A DNA stretch of 62,010 nucleotides, counting the filler, from Basidioascus undulatus (taxonomy: Eukaryota): the NCBI GenBank assembly GCA_000826855.1. It is 7 parts of 7 records of this genome, joined end to end, with 100 filler letters (N's around TTAATTAATTAA, not from the genome) between each part and the next. Parts side by side here need not be neighbours in the genome. Positions count along the whole stretch, not along the records: positions 1 to 26,488 come from JTLS01000186.1; 6 more parts are not named here. The stretch is one strand, 5' to 3'. This document shows, in pieces, positions 1 to 13,000 of the stretch. Every line of letters starts with the position of its first letter. Position 1 is the stretch's first letter. The translations under genes were made by a program, and so were the position numbers. The notes under the pieces were generated by a model. That model saw only the letters and a program-made list of their open reading frames with translations, made no database searches and was not told the origin of the DNA.

Positions 1-279
1 CCCAACATCGTGCGCCTCCTCCGTCCTCCTTCTTCCTCCCCCCTTCACCTCCTCCCTCTCCCCCTCGGCCGCGCCCCTCCCCCGCTCCACAGCGCACCTT
101 ATCCTGGCGCGCCTCCCCGCCTCCCCGCTCCTCCCGCACCTGCGCAAAGCACTCACCTCCCCCTCCTACGCGCTCCTTGTCCCCCTCTCCGCTCCCCCCC
201 TTGCCCCCTTCTTTCCTTCCCCATCTCACCCCGATCCCAAACCAATACTCTTTCTGACGAACACGCGCACGCATCATAG

Positions 280-1036
280 AAAATCGCCCAGTCCCTGACC
301 GACATCGACCTAATCTACGTCGAGGAGGCTTTCGAGCGCCTCTTGCTCGACTACGACCGCGTCTTCTCGGCCATGGGCATCCCCGCGTGCTGCTGGAGAA
401 GGACGGGGGAGATCTACGTGCGTCGTTCGGCCCTCTCCTCCATTCCATCTTCGCGTCTCCTTTCTCGTTTGGTACTGATGGTTGATAAACGGGTGCGTTG
501 ATTCGGAAAACAGAAAGGGAACAAGGAGTTTGCGGACCTGATCGGCGTAGGGATCGACATGCTCCGCGAGGGGCGCCTCGCGATCTACGAGCTTTTTGCG
601 GAAGAGTCGTGCGTACCCAATCTTCCCTTACCTCCCCTTCCCCACCTCATCCCTCTCTCCCCTCGGCCTCCCTTTCGACAGGATCGTGAACTACATGGAG
701 CGCTACGGGCACATCGCGTTCGATTCCTCCTCAAAAGCAGTCCTCACCTCCTGCGTCCTCCGCTCGCCGTACATCCCGCCCCAGGGCGCGTCGGGCACGA
801 ACAGCGGTACGTCCACGCCGCGCAGCGGCGGCGGCGGGGCGCTCGCCCGCGTGGGCGCCGGCCACCAGGACCAGGGATGGGTGAATTGCTGCTTTAGCTT
901 TACGATTAGGAGGGATAGCTGGGGGATCCCGGTGAGTGGCGGCTTCTATTTTTTGTGGGAGAGGGAGGGGAAGGAGAAGGCGCTGATGAGGGCGAGAGGG
1001 CAGACTATGATTGTGGGGAACTTTTTGAAGCTGTGA
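280..1036 (+). CDS. RDS2: RDS2/AcuM-type gluconeogenesis transcription factor, C-terminal PAS-like region (5' partial, spliced)
   Basis: Exons 280-417, 514-608, 682-931 and 1004-1036 splice via GT..AG introns to KIAQSLTDIDLIYVEEAFERLLLDYDRVFSAMGIPACCWRRTGEIY/KGNKEFADLIG...AIYELFAEES/IVNYMERYGHIAFDSSSKAVLTSCVL...NCCFSFTIRRDSWGIP/TMIVGNFLKL*. These motifs are typical of the Rds2/AcuM branch of the ERT1/acuK family. Confidence 0.85.
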
Positions 1037-2562
1037 ATGATGTGGGACTGGGCCTGAAGTGTTGATGTCGACTGTAAAGAGTAGTGAGAGGAGATGTTGT
1101 TGTACTGCATATTGTGATAGTTCTTATTGCTGCTATACCGCGCCAACGCTTTGTGTAACAACCTTGTAGCACTTCCAACAAGAACATCATGTACAATGCG
1201 CATCTACCTCCTCCCCTTCTTGTCTCCAAGCCATCCCAGAATGGCGCTGGCCAACTTCGTCTCCTTCTCCTCATCACCTTCGCCCTCTCCCTCGCCCTCC
1301 CCGCTGATGCCCACCCACACCCCCCCATTCTTCGTGTCGCACACGACGTTCCCTCCTCCCTCTGAGAGCAAGCGAACCTGACAAGCCTGATGCGACTGCC
1401 CAGCTGCCTCAGCCGCATCGGCATCGGCATTCGCGATAGTGAACTTCTGCGTCATTTGAAACGAGGAATTAAGATGAGGCGATTCGAGTTGGAGGACCAA
1501 AATTCGAACGATTGCGTTAAGATGGTGAGTGTTGGGAGGCAAGAGTTGAGATCGAGCGGTCGAGCAGAAATAGGCGGCATCGCCTCCTTCGGCGGCTGTG
1601 CAACGCGGTGCGGGTGATAGGCTTCGCAGTGCCCGAAACCCAGGCAAGCTGTACCAAGTAAATTAGCCATAGCGGTAAGGTCCTAGGTGTACTTCACAGC
1701 AGTAGATAATGGCAATGTGGCAGCACGCGGGGCGTTCGCGCTGGAACAGCGAGTTTGTCACTGGGTCGCGGCAACAGCGCTCAGTGTTGCAATGTTTCCA
1801 AGCTGCGGTGTAGGGAGGTGGTAGAAACCTCAAGCCTCTTTATTAAGTCACATCCAATAAAGGGATTCTAACTAAACCACGGACAGTTTTCCATGAGCTG
1901 GAAAAGAGGCAGGCCATGCATGTCCAGAGAGTAGGGTGCTGTGACGCTCCACTTACCCAGGATAGTCCTAACCGAGAGCCAATTATGCACCCTATACGTG
2001 AGAATTTTACTTTATAAATAAAAAAAAACAGCCTGGTTGACTGGTCATCTCACTGTTGTTGAGGCGTACTCGCGTTCGACAGCGAAGCCTGCATCCCCGA
2101 AACGCTCACTTATCCTGAGACTTTGGTGCTCTCCCGCTACATCGACTTGGGAGTGCGTATTTCTCGTTTATCTACTAGATACTGAGGACCTCTGCGCCAG
2201 TTCAGGCTGTCAGGCTCGGTGCGTGGCTGGCATGCAGGGGCACCGCGGCGCGGCGTTCCCTCCTCACTTCCGAATCAGCTCGGGTGCACTCAGGCCAAAA
2301 TTTTACATGGTATATATAGTGCTAGAATTTTTTGAGAAACCCTATGGAGGATCCAGGACTCACATAAGCTTTAGGCTAGGCGATGATCCGTGAACGCACG
2401 ACACGATGCAGCCCTGATGGTCAGCAAAACACGGTTTTGTGAGAGTCGGGTCCGCTGCCGGTCGTGTTGCATTTGGTCCAGGGGAGAGGATGGTCAATTT
2501 GCTGGTGCAGGGTCAGATACTTCGGTAGTTCTATTTTCACCCATAGCGACGGACGGTCACTA

Positions 2563-2855
2563 TCGGATGGACAACATGGATCATGCGTCGCCTGGTCCAA
2601 CGCTAAACAGTCCATTACTATTGCGATGAACATAACCATAGGACCAAATAGGGTTTTTTTTTGATATTTACTATGCCCAAAGGCGAGATAAATTAAGCGA
2701 GGGCGACCGTCGGATGGACAACATGGATCATGCGTCGCCTGGTCCAACGCTAAACAGTCCATTACTATTGCGATGAAAATAACCATAGGACCAAATAGGT
2801 TCTTTTTGGATATTTACTATGCCCAAAGGCAAGATAAATTAAGCGAGGACGACCG
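2563..2855. repeat. Tandem direct repeat, two copies of about 147 bp
   Basis: TCGGATGGACAACATGGATCATGCGTCGCCTGGTCCAACGCTAAACAGTCC... starts at 2563 and again at 2710. The copies differ by only a few substitutions and one indel. Confidence 0.95.
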
Positions 2856-4044
2856 CCTTAAACGGGTGGAAGGGCCCGGAGGAAAGTAGCGAGACGCAGC
2901 GTGTTTTTCTGTGCGTCTTTGCAAGACCCAGGCTGCCCAAAGCACTGAAAAGGAAGACACTGTCCTTACTTAAAGGTACCAAGCAATCGAGTGAAACTCT
3001 GGTGTTGCTATTTGATAGAGTGTCTGGCTGAAAGAGCGTCCTTTGGAAACGCTGCACGCATGCGCAGGCACTGTCTTCAGGTCAGCAACTGGGGGAAGAA
3101 GCTTCTGGTTGGCAGAAGATCAACATACATAAGGCTGCTTTCAATATTGGACCTACATAGAAGGTGACTCTTCTAGTTACATTTCACAGCTTCGAGCGCT
3201 TATATCTCGCCAGGTAAAGGTGCGGCGACCGCTGGGGTCAGCGCCACTGCCTGAGAACCACACTCTGCCGAACTTCGCCAGTGTGCATGGAAGTGTCGAT
3301 GAATACTTGTAATTTATGGTTACTTATCTACGATTTCTGTCCTATTGCGCTGCCAAGTACTGCTGGTGTGTGCAGGCGGTTGCTGTCAGAACAGGGTCTG
3401 TGATTAGCGCATTCGCTATCACCTTTTGAGTGCAGGACCAAGCGCTGCGCATTGGTCAGTTGACCACAAATCTGCATGTATGTCCTGTTGACACCCGTGT
3501 ACACCTTACAAGTTTTTTCGCCGTGTGTGTGTTTGAGGGGACCGCATTGCGATTGAATAATGACCAAAACTGCATGCAGTGCCAGCGGCGCATGTGAAAA
3601 CACGTGTATTCGCGACGCGGTTGCCTTGCAGAGCTTTTGACCCTGCCGCTTTGTCCTCCTGCTCCCCGCTCGACATCTGACCGATTTGTTGGCGCAATTC
3701 CACTTCGCACGGCATCTTTTTGCTATTGCGTGAACCAATTGCAATACTATCCACTTCATGCATGCACTAACACCGATTGATAGCATTTTATTTGTGTTGG
3801 GTCAGCCGGACTGACGGGCCGTCCTGTCACCAAGCAGAGTTGGCCGCGATGTCGTTTGCGTTGTCTTCCGCTAAACGTCTACGCTCCTCCGCTCCGTTGA
3901 TCGTCCTCGAACACGAGTTTGTTGTTGTTTGATCGCGCTCTTTGCCACTCACCATCATCATCTCGACACAGACGCCAAGTTTCAAGACCGGCACTGACTC
4001 CCATCAGCATACACTCATGTCTCTCAACATCTCCGCCTGATTCC

Positions 4045-7000
4045 ATGATGTCTTCTCCTCCTCGCCCTCCTCACGCCGCGCACGCGCACTCCCGCCCTGA
4101 GTCGCGTCGCGCCTCCGGGGGCAGCGGCTCCTCGGACGACTGGGAGACGATGGAGGGCGATGCCGAGTCGCAAAGGCCGGAACTCGATCTAGACGCGTAC
4201 ATCGCGGACTTGTGCGTATTGTATCTTTCGCCCCCTCAGAAAAGTCGTCGGCTCACGTGAGGGGTGTACAGGACTCGCACGCAGCAGGAGGTCGCTCGAG
4301 ACGCGGCCGAAGAGCGCGAGATCGCCCGCCAGCAGCTCGAAGCGCTCGAGCGGGCCCTCAGCGCATCAGAGCGTTACCCGCACCCCACAGCGCTCAGCAC
4401 GATCTCGGAGCGCACCGAGCCAAGTACGGCCTCGCGCTCGCCCGCGACCAGCAGTAGCGAGCAGCGATGGCGCGTACACCGAGACGAGTTCATTATGCCA
4501 AGGGGCGGCAGTCCTGTGGGCGATAGCAGCCACGCCGGAAGTGGGTGGGACAACCCGACCCGCCCCCCTTCCGCCTCCTCGTGTTCTCCCTCCGCGTCGA
4601 CGCCCCTCGAGACCGAAGACCAGGAGAGCGACTCGCGCTCCGTCTCTGCTGTCTCCAGCGATCCTCGAACCTTTCACTCCGCGCCCTCTCGCTCGCCCGC
4701 CGAAGCTCCCCTCCTCTCCGTGCCTTCCGCCCCCCACTCGCCTAATCCTTCCCATCACTCATCGATCCCCAGCATCCCCTCCACTCCCGACATCCCTTCT
4801 CCTCAGTCCATACCCGACAACCCCTCCATTCCCAGTCTTCCCTCTGAACACAGCCGCGCCGCATCTACCCCCGCTTCTTCCTCGACGCAGGAAATTCTCG
4901 ACATTCCGACCGAGCTTTCGCTCACGCCTCCGCCCATCTGGGCGAGCACCTCGCCCGCGCCGCTCTCTCAGCCGAGCCCGAGTCGGCGACAAGGGCGTCG
5001 GGCAGGCGACCTCATCGCATTTTTCGAAAAGGCTGCGGAGCAGAGGGAGAAGGAGGGCTCCGCTTCTTCCTCTGCTCCTGGCTCGCCCGTCAAGCGCCGC
5101 TCTCCCGCTCTCGGCCCTCCTCCGCAATCGCCTGTCCCTTCAGCGTCACCTTCTCCGCCGCCTCCGCCTCCCAAGTTGCCTGCGGACTCCCGCACCCGTC
5201 CGCCCGTTTCGCCACCCACGCCTCAACCCGCCGAGATCTCTCAGCCTTCCACCCCCGCATCCACCGAACGAGTCCCCCAGCTCCAAATCACAACCCCTCA
5301 CGGCACCGTCACTTCCACCACGCCCAAAAAGCCGCGTACCGGCCTCCGGTCGCTCGTCAACTCGTTCGCGGGCAAGCGGCCGAGCACGGAAGACACCGAC
5401 GTTCCTCTCCCGCCTTTTGCGCCGAAAGCTGGCAGCGACGAGGAGTGGGAGGCCGTCGAAGGTGAGGCTGTCGCGCCGCCCGAAGCTCCAGGGCGGAGAA
5501 GCGAGACGTCTGGCGTTGCGGGAGGCGACGTGTTGACCGAGGGCGAAGAGGTCCGTCTTGCAAAGATCCTACCCTCTAAGCCTCTTCTGATACTAACGTC
5601 TGGGCTTTCAGGTCGTCCGCACCGGCACGCTCTGGTATCTGCACGTACACGGCCAGCAGCCCTATCGCTGGGTACGCGCGACAGCTGCGCTCCTCCCGAC
5701 CTCCCTCAAGGTCTCCTTCCTACCTCCCGCGGGCCTGCGTACTTCCCTCCTCCCTATCCAACCGACCCGAAAAGTCGTCACGCTCGATCTCGCGACCTGC
5801 CGGGATGTTCGCTCGGTCCCGAGCCCCGCGCACCCCAGCGCCAGCCGAGAAGACCTCGGGACCGTCGCGGCGCGCGAGCAGGACGGCGGGCTCGAGTCGC
5901 TCTTGCAGCCCTTCGTACTCGTCTATGAGGATGGGTGGGAGAGACTCGCGACTGAGAGCGCGAGCCATCGTGTTCAATGGGTTGCGGCGCTATGGTGCGT
6001 TGCCTTTTTGTCAATTAGGGCGGCAGCCCGCCTGCTTCCAAGCTGACACCTACTTCTTCACAGGGACGTGATCCGCCCGATCCGCGTTTCTCGCCCCACA
6101 CCGTCTCCCTCCGCCTCTACAACATCCCCCAGACCGTCCGTCGGCTCGTCCGGATCCTGTGGCCCCTCCAAGCCGGGCTCGGCCTCTGTACTCCTCTCTA
6201 CCCGCCCAGAACCAGAGCCCACCGCTTCCGACTCCGAGCTCCCGGCGGCATCCTCCCGCGTGACGGGTCGAACCCGCATCCGACGCACGCGCGCGCTCGG
6301 TGCTCGGGACGACCTGAGCGTGGGCACCTCCGCAGCCTCGCGCGGAGCCGTCGAAGCGCCAACCGACGACGACGTCTTCCCACCGAGCATGTCGCAGCGC
6401 GCGAGTCGTCGCGGGGGGAGCCGCAGGTCCAGCGGCGTCAGTGCGCTCAGTGGCAGCGCGCCGACGAGCGCGAGCAAGCTGGAGGAGCCGGTCAGCGTCA
6501 CGCTGTCGGGCGAGGAGGAGACGCAGGACAAGGCGTCGACCGCGGGCCTGCTCTTCTCGCCCAAGGGCGGGATGGCGGATTTCTACGACCCCGCATCCAG
6601 GTCACTCTTCAACATGCCGGGGCTCCAGCGCAGGCGGTTCCCGTCCCCGTCGCCGCCTCCATTCCCCTACCGCACGTCCGCCCTCCCTTCTATCCCCTTC
6701 GAGTCGTCTAACCGCGGCCGTCGCACGCCGACGCCCGAGCCAGCTCCCTCTCCGTCTCGACGTGGACGCTCTCCCACTAGGGTGAGTGTCTGAACGTCAT
6801 TGTCGCCATGCGCAGCACTGACCCAAACCCCACGCATGCAGAGGTATCCCGTTCCGCCGTCTCGCGAGGCGGGCGGCAGCACCACCGATCTCATCCGCTC
6901 AATCAGCGGGCTCAGTCGCCGCAGCACCGTCCGCTCAGGCCGTCCGCGGTCCGTCGTAGAGCTGCACGAGCTCGCCGGCGAGCTGGGAGACTCGGATATC

Positions 7001-10000
7001 GACCACGATCTGCGCGCGGCGCTGGAGGACTTGCTCGGCCGCCGCGGGCACGAGGACGAGGCGTCGACGCCTCGACCAACGAGCCCGGCAGCATCGGCAT
7101 CGCAAGTCTCCCTCTCCCGTTCCCGAGGCCTGCGCCGCCCGCCGCTCCGCCGACGGTCTTCAATCGGCTGCCTCCCCGTCCAGCTGGCCTCGTCGTCGAC
7201 GTACGATACCGCACCGCAGGCGCCAACGTCGACGTACCACTCGCCTGCGCCGGCTTCCTCCCATACCGCCGGCGGTGCCCGCGCAATGCGGAGCGGCGGT
7301 CCGCCCTCCTCCCACGGCTCGCCCTCGTCGTCAGCCTCGAGCGACTCGACGAACCTCCCGCAGAGCACACGTGCGCCCAGCTCGCAGGGCTCGCTGTCTC
7401 CCTCCACCCCGTATTGGACCGCGGTGCAGCCGCCGTCGAGCGCGGGCGGGACGCAGCCTCACGCTATCGGCCCCGCCATGCGCATCCCCGGCAACGTCTC
7501 GATGCCGCTTACGCCGGTCACGCCTGGTCCGGAGTACTTGTCTGGCAAGACGAGCCAGGGCCCGTACGACTGGCGCACGGCGCAGTCGGCGCAGGAGGGG
7601 TACGATTGGAGGACCGGAAGGTCGAGCGAGAACCTCTACTCGTATCGCAGCGCACCGGCGCCTCCGACATCCGCTTCTACCGGCCTGCCCACGCCCCTGC
7701 CGACGCCGCGCGAACCGGAAAGCTCGCCAATGCCCTCCTCCCCTCCTATACCACCTGCTCCGCCTCTGCCTCCGCCTTCTCCGCCGCCTGTCCACCCGGC
7801 CGCTGAAGCCGCATCGGAGCCTGACGGGGACTTCGATCTCGAGCTCCTCGCGCCATCGCGCTCCGCTTCGCCCGAATCGGTCTGGCCGCCCTCTCGCGCC
7901 CCGTCCACGGTCATCGCGAGCACGCGCGACTCGGCGTGGATAAGGGCGCCGGCAGAGTCGTTGGAGTCCAAGGACTCGTCGACGCATATCCTCTCCGAGG
8001 CCGAGGCAGCGCGCGAGGTGCTCTCGGTCGTCGAGGAGACGCAGTCGGCGCGCCGGACGCCATTGGGGCGTGAAGAGCCGAAGAGCATCCCGCGAGAGTT
8101 CCTCACCAAGGACATCGACCGGCTCCTGCACATCCTCCTTGAGCACGAGCAGCGAAGGACGTCGCGCGAGTCGAGCACGCTCGAAGCCGTCCAACACGAG
8201 CTGCTCGCCATCGCCGAGACGCTTCGCAACTTGCCCGCGACCACCGTCACCGTTCAGCAGCCTCAGCCGGCGCCGGCGCCGGCTAAGGATGAGCCTGTCA
8301 CGATGCGCAACGCCCCACCGTCGGACCCCGGCTCGCCGGGCAGCTCGCGCTCGGGAACACGCGTCTCGAGGAGCTCGTCCGAATCCGGCTCCACCGTCCG
8401 TCCGCCGGGGACCCACTCGCCCACGCTGCCGCCGACGCCGAAGCCTGAAGCGATGGCGCTTCAGCAGCTCGAGAGGAAGGTGGACAACCTGCTGAGTACG
8501 TCGTTGCACGAGGACATTTGTAGGGGTGTGGCTGCTGACCCATGTTCTCGACCGCAGGCGTCTGCAACAACGCCCTGGAGGAACAGAACAGGCTTCGCAA
8601 CTCGATCGACCGCGAAGGCGCGGCCCGGACACGGGAGGCCGAGTACCTCGCTGAGGAGCGCCGGCTCGTCGATGACACGGCCGATCAAAACGCGAAATCT
8701 CTCCTCCGCCTCGAGAATCTCGTCAGGACTCTTATGCGTACGTCTAGTAGATTATTAGTGTTACACACGCAGCAGCTGACATGCGACCTTTGCACGATAG
8801 GTCACTTCACGGGCGGGCGAGGCTCCTCAATTTCCAGCTGGCCGAGCGCACGCTCAGAGGTCACCTACCGCGAGGATGAAGCGGCTTCTCTCATCGACCA
8901 CGACTTGCCGAGCGTCCCCGACGGGCTGCCACGCGACGATCTGCCGCTTCCGGCGTCCGGAACGCCTTACCCTCTGCACGACTTCCGCGACGTACCGCAG
9001 CAGGACGAGGTGCTCCTCCCGCCTGGCATGTCTGAGCGCGAGCGCGCATCCTCGCCTGTCTTCCCCGGCGACAGCATCTCGTTGCGTCCACGCATGCCCA
9101 CACCGCCGGTGCCTCCGCCATCCTCGATCTCCTCTAGCCGCGCTTCTGGTGTCCGCCACGTTGGCGTCCCAAAGTTGTCGCGAAGGAGGACGAGGTCGCT
9201 GAGCCCCACGCGCAGCATTTTTGAGGAGTCGGAGACAAGCTGGGAGACACCCGATATGTTCGTTCCTCGATGGTTCTTATGTTTTCTAGCACATGCTGAC
9301 AAATGCCTCGCAAACCCCCAGGAACGCCGAGATTCGGAATCGCCGAGCTGCCCGCCGACGATTCGCGGACGATGGAATGTACCCCGAGAACGACCGTGCT
9401 GGGCAATACACGCCGCGGTATCCGAGGCACGGGGGTCGTCGTGTAAGCACCTCTCGTTATCGCTGTTCCATCCGCCTTCGTCGTTCGGAAACCTGACTCG
9501 CCTGCCAGCAGTTCGGGCGCTCGATCACCGACCCTCCCTTCGTCCATGTCGACGAGGCCGGCTTTCCGCGACCGCGCGGTCCGAACGACTTTGAGATCGG
9601 TACTGGGCCGGGGATGCGCCCGATGGGCCGCCCCGGGATGATGATGCCTGGAGGACCAGGCATGATGGGGCCCGGAATGCCTGGTGCGTTCACCCTTTCT
9701 TCCAGTCCCGACGTTGATCTGACGACTGCTGGCTTGCAGGCCCGATGCCTGGAATGCCCATGGGACCTGGAATGCCTATGGGCCCGCCGCCTCATGATGG
9801 TACGCGACAATGACCCTAACCGGACCGCAGTCAACTGATCATCTCGACGTTGAACGCGGACAGGTATGCGCGGCATGCAAGACCTTCGCCACCCTGTCAC
9901 TGTGCCGTGGTTCCGCCCTCCTCGTCCCGGCGAGGTACGCAATCGGCGGAAGTCGCAGGCAGCCATGCGAAACTGACACTCCCTTCCAGTTCGGTCCTGG

Positions 10001-13000
10001 CATGCCACCACCGGGACCTCCCATGGTCCCTCCGCTCGGCGTCCCTCCTCCTCTCGGGGGTCCCGGCGTCGGTCCGCCGCCAATAGGTGGCCCGATGCCG
10101 CCGCCCCCCGGCGGTCCGTTCCCGCCGCCCATGGGTGGGACTGCTCCGATGGTACCACCTGCAAACTTGGCGATCCCGGGCATGCGCTTCCCACCAGACT
10201 TCCATCCAGCCTGTACGTCGCTGTTTTCTCAGCGCGGGTCGCGCGATGCGCTGACAAGATGCGTGCAGTCAACGAGATGTTGTTCCAACTCAGCGTAAGT
10301 TTAGTCCGGTTTTTACGGAAAAGATCAATCTGATCCCCATTTCGCTGCAGCGCGCTGGAGGCAACACGGACGAAATCCTCCGCCATCAGGCGGATGCGCA
10401 CCGTTATCTCGGGCAAGTCTCAACTTCTCTTTTTAACTTATTGAGTACCCTGACATTCCGTTTCAGGGACCTCAACACCTGGCTCGAACGTGCGCACACT
10501 TTTCAACGAGCATCCCGAGCCAGACCTTAAACTGATTCTTACACCCGTACAGGCGAGGTTGCTGCCAAAATCAACGAGTGGGGACCGGGTAAGCCAAGTA
10601 CCCTAATTGAACCATGACCGCCCGGCTTACACGAGCAATTCGGTCTCCGAAGTCCAACAACATATTCGCGATCTCGAAGGCGCCCTCAAGGAAATCAGAG
10701 CGTATGTAGATGCAGCAGATCACGGTTCCGTTGTGCTCAAATTTACGTATGCTACACAGGGACACCGCGGCTGCTCGAAAGCATGCCGAAGACGTCGACA
10801 CCCGGTCTCTTGCCTCAGCTCGTATGTCCGCCGCATTTGCATACTTGTTCGGCAGCGTGCTCACATTGCGCATACAGCGCGCTCTTCCACACCAGCACCT
10901 ACGGTGGTTGCGTCTGAGCCGGGGACCGTCGTCACGACGTCGACCGGAGGTCCAGCACCCTCTGCGACGGCGCCTGCCGCGGACGGCACGACTATCGACA
11001 TTGACGTTCCCGGCAAGGTTCACGTCACGTCCAACGTGCCGACTGCACCCACGACCCCCACGCCCGCGCACGCGAAGCCGGCAAGCGTCGTCAGCGTCAA
11101 GACGTCCGGAGGCTCTGACGCGCCCGTCACCGTCATGGGGGACGCGCCGCAGGAGCACGGCGAAGAGCACGACACGCATGGACCGGGCGACCTACGCGTC
11201 ACGAACCCCGACCTGCCCGGCAAGGGCATTCTCAAAAACGGGAAGCAGACGATCGCCTCCGACAGCGCGTCGACCACATCCGCGCCGGAAACGGCGGCGA
11301 CCACCCGGCCCGGTGCAACTGCCAGCACCGGCGCGACAACGCCTGGCTCAGCCGGGACCGCCGCCATTGCGCCCGCCGTCTCGTTCGCCAATGGCGAGAC
11401 CGGTACGAAGCGGCCATTTATCCAGCGCGCGGGTCAGCCTCTTTCTCATGAGATTTCTTGGATAGGTCGCAAGACCTCGGCCGGCAAGGGGGCGACCCCG
11501 GGAACGACGGCCCCGTCAGCTGGCGCTCCCGCTACGATTCTCGGTAATCAGCCGGCTGAGGACACGAAGAAGCAAGAGACGTCGGCATCCGCTCCTCAAC
11601 CGTCAGCACCCGTCGTCGTGGCCGATGCAGCCGGTGCTCCTCGTCCGAGCGCTGCCACGCCGTCTACGCAGGCCACCGTCGCGGGCAGGGCGCCCGGTTC
11701 AACCGCGCCGACCCCGTCGTCAGCCGCTTCCGCGACCGCGACTCCGCCGACGACTGGCGGGCCTGCAGCTCCAGGAACGACCGCCGCGGACGCTTCGCGA
11801 CCTCCGCTAATCCAGCGTTCGTCGGAGCCTCTCACCGGGACCATCCCGCCTCTGAGATCGAAGAAGACGCAGGCGAGCGCTCCTGGGCAGCCTACCAGTG
11901 GCACTTCCAGCGCTACACCACCCACCGGTACCGCCATCGCCGCACCAAATGCCAGTACCGCCGCCGCTGCACCATCCGCTGGTACTGCGACCGCCACGCC
12001 ATCCACCAGCGCCGCACCGCCCCTCGGTGCCGCGCCGTCCGACAAGGCTCCCGTTGACGCCCCCGCCACGAGCACCGCGCCCTCTCAGGCACCAGCAGCG
12101 CCGCACAAGCCGCCTGTCCCTTCGCCCGTGAAGGCCTTCGGCGACAAGCCGGACGCAGCTTCGGACACGGCTGTTCACGACACAGCGTCCGCCTCAACCG
12201 CCCTGGGCGCGTCCGCTTCGAAGCCAGCCGCAACGTCCGCACCTCAACCTCCAGCTCCGACTGAGGGCGGAGGACCGCCAGCTGCGGACGCCGGCTCGGG
12301 CCAGGCTCAAGCGAAACCAGACTCGACGCCGCCCGGAGCCATGGGCTTCGCGTTCGGCCCGCGTCCTTCAGGTGGCGCCGCGCATGAGTCCGCTCCGGAG
12401 TCGGACGACGAGGAGGGTGCCGCACAACGATTCGGCAACATGCCAACGGCCTCCGGAGGAGGCGGCGGCGACGGGGAAGGCGGTGGCGGCGGCGACGGCG
12501 GTGATGGAGGGAAACGTGAACTATTCTCCTTTCATAGCGTCCGTTCGCTACCGCTCACATGCGTTCATCTCAGCTCCGGGCCGCCCTCTCCCAACCGCGC
12601 CCGGCCCGTCTCCGCCAACGAAGGGCCCCGACCCGGCGATCGCGATGATCCTGGACATCCTCAGCAAGGCCTTCCCCGCCGTTTCTCACAGAACTCTCAA
12701 GGACCAGAAGAGCGAGGAGGCCGCTGCAACCGCTGCGGCTGCTGACGAGGCGGCGCGCAAGGAACGCGAGGAAGCTCAACGAGTACGTCTCGCTTCTATG
12801 ACAACCTCCTCAGACCAAGGCTCATCAAGGAACGTACTGAACAGAAACTCGACGACGTTCGGCGGATTCAAGACGAAGAGCGGGCGGAGCGGGACAAGCA
12901 TCACAAGATGGTCGCGGACTCGCTCAAGTCGCTTGCCGATTACACCACCGCCGAGTCCGAGCGTCTCAAGGCCCAGACTGGCTCACCAAGTACGTCCCCC

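Noticed and set aside
1204..1670. Short ORFs on both strands downstream of RDS2
   Set aside because: No recognisable motif and no consistent splice model. A small gene cannot be excluded.
2563..2855. Repeat as a CRISPR array or tandem snoRNA pair
   Set aside because: There are no unique spacers, the genome is eukaryotic, and no convincing C/D or H/ACA box pair is present.
6667..12446. Long antisense and alternate-frame ORFs overlapping the giant gene (and similar ones over NIP1, BTB1 and DOA1)
   Set aside because: Expected shadow ORFs in high-GC coding DNA. The translations are Arg/Gly/Ala-rich with no domain motifs.
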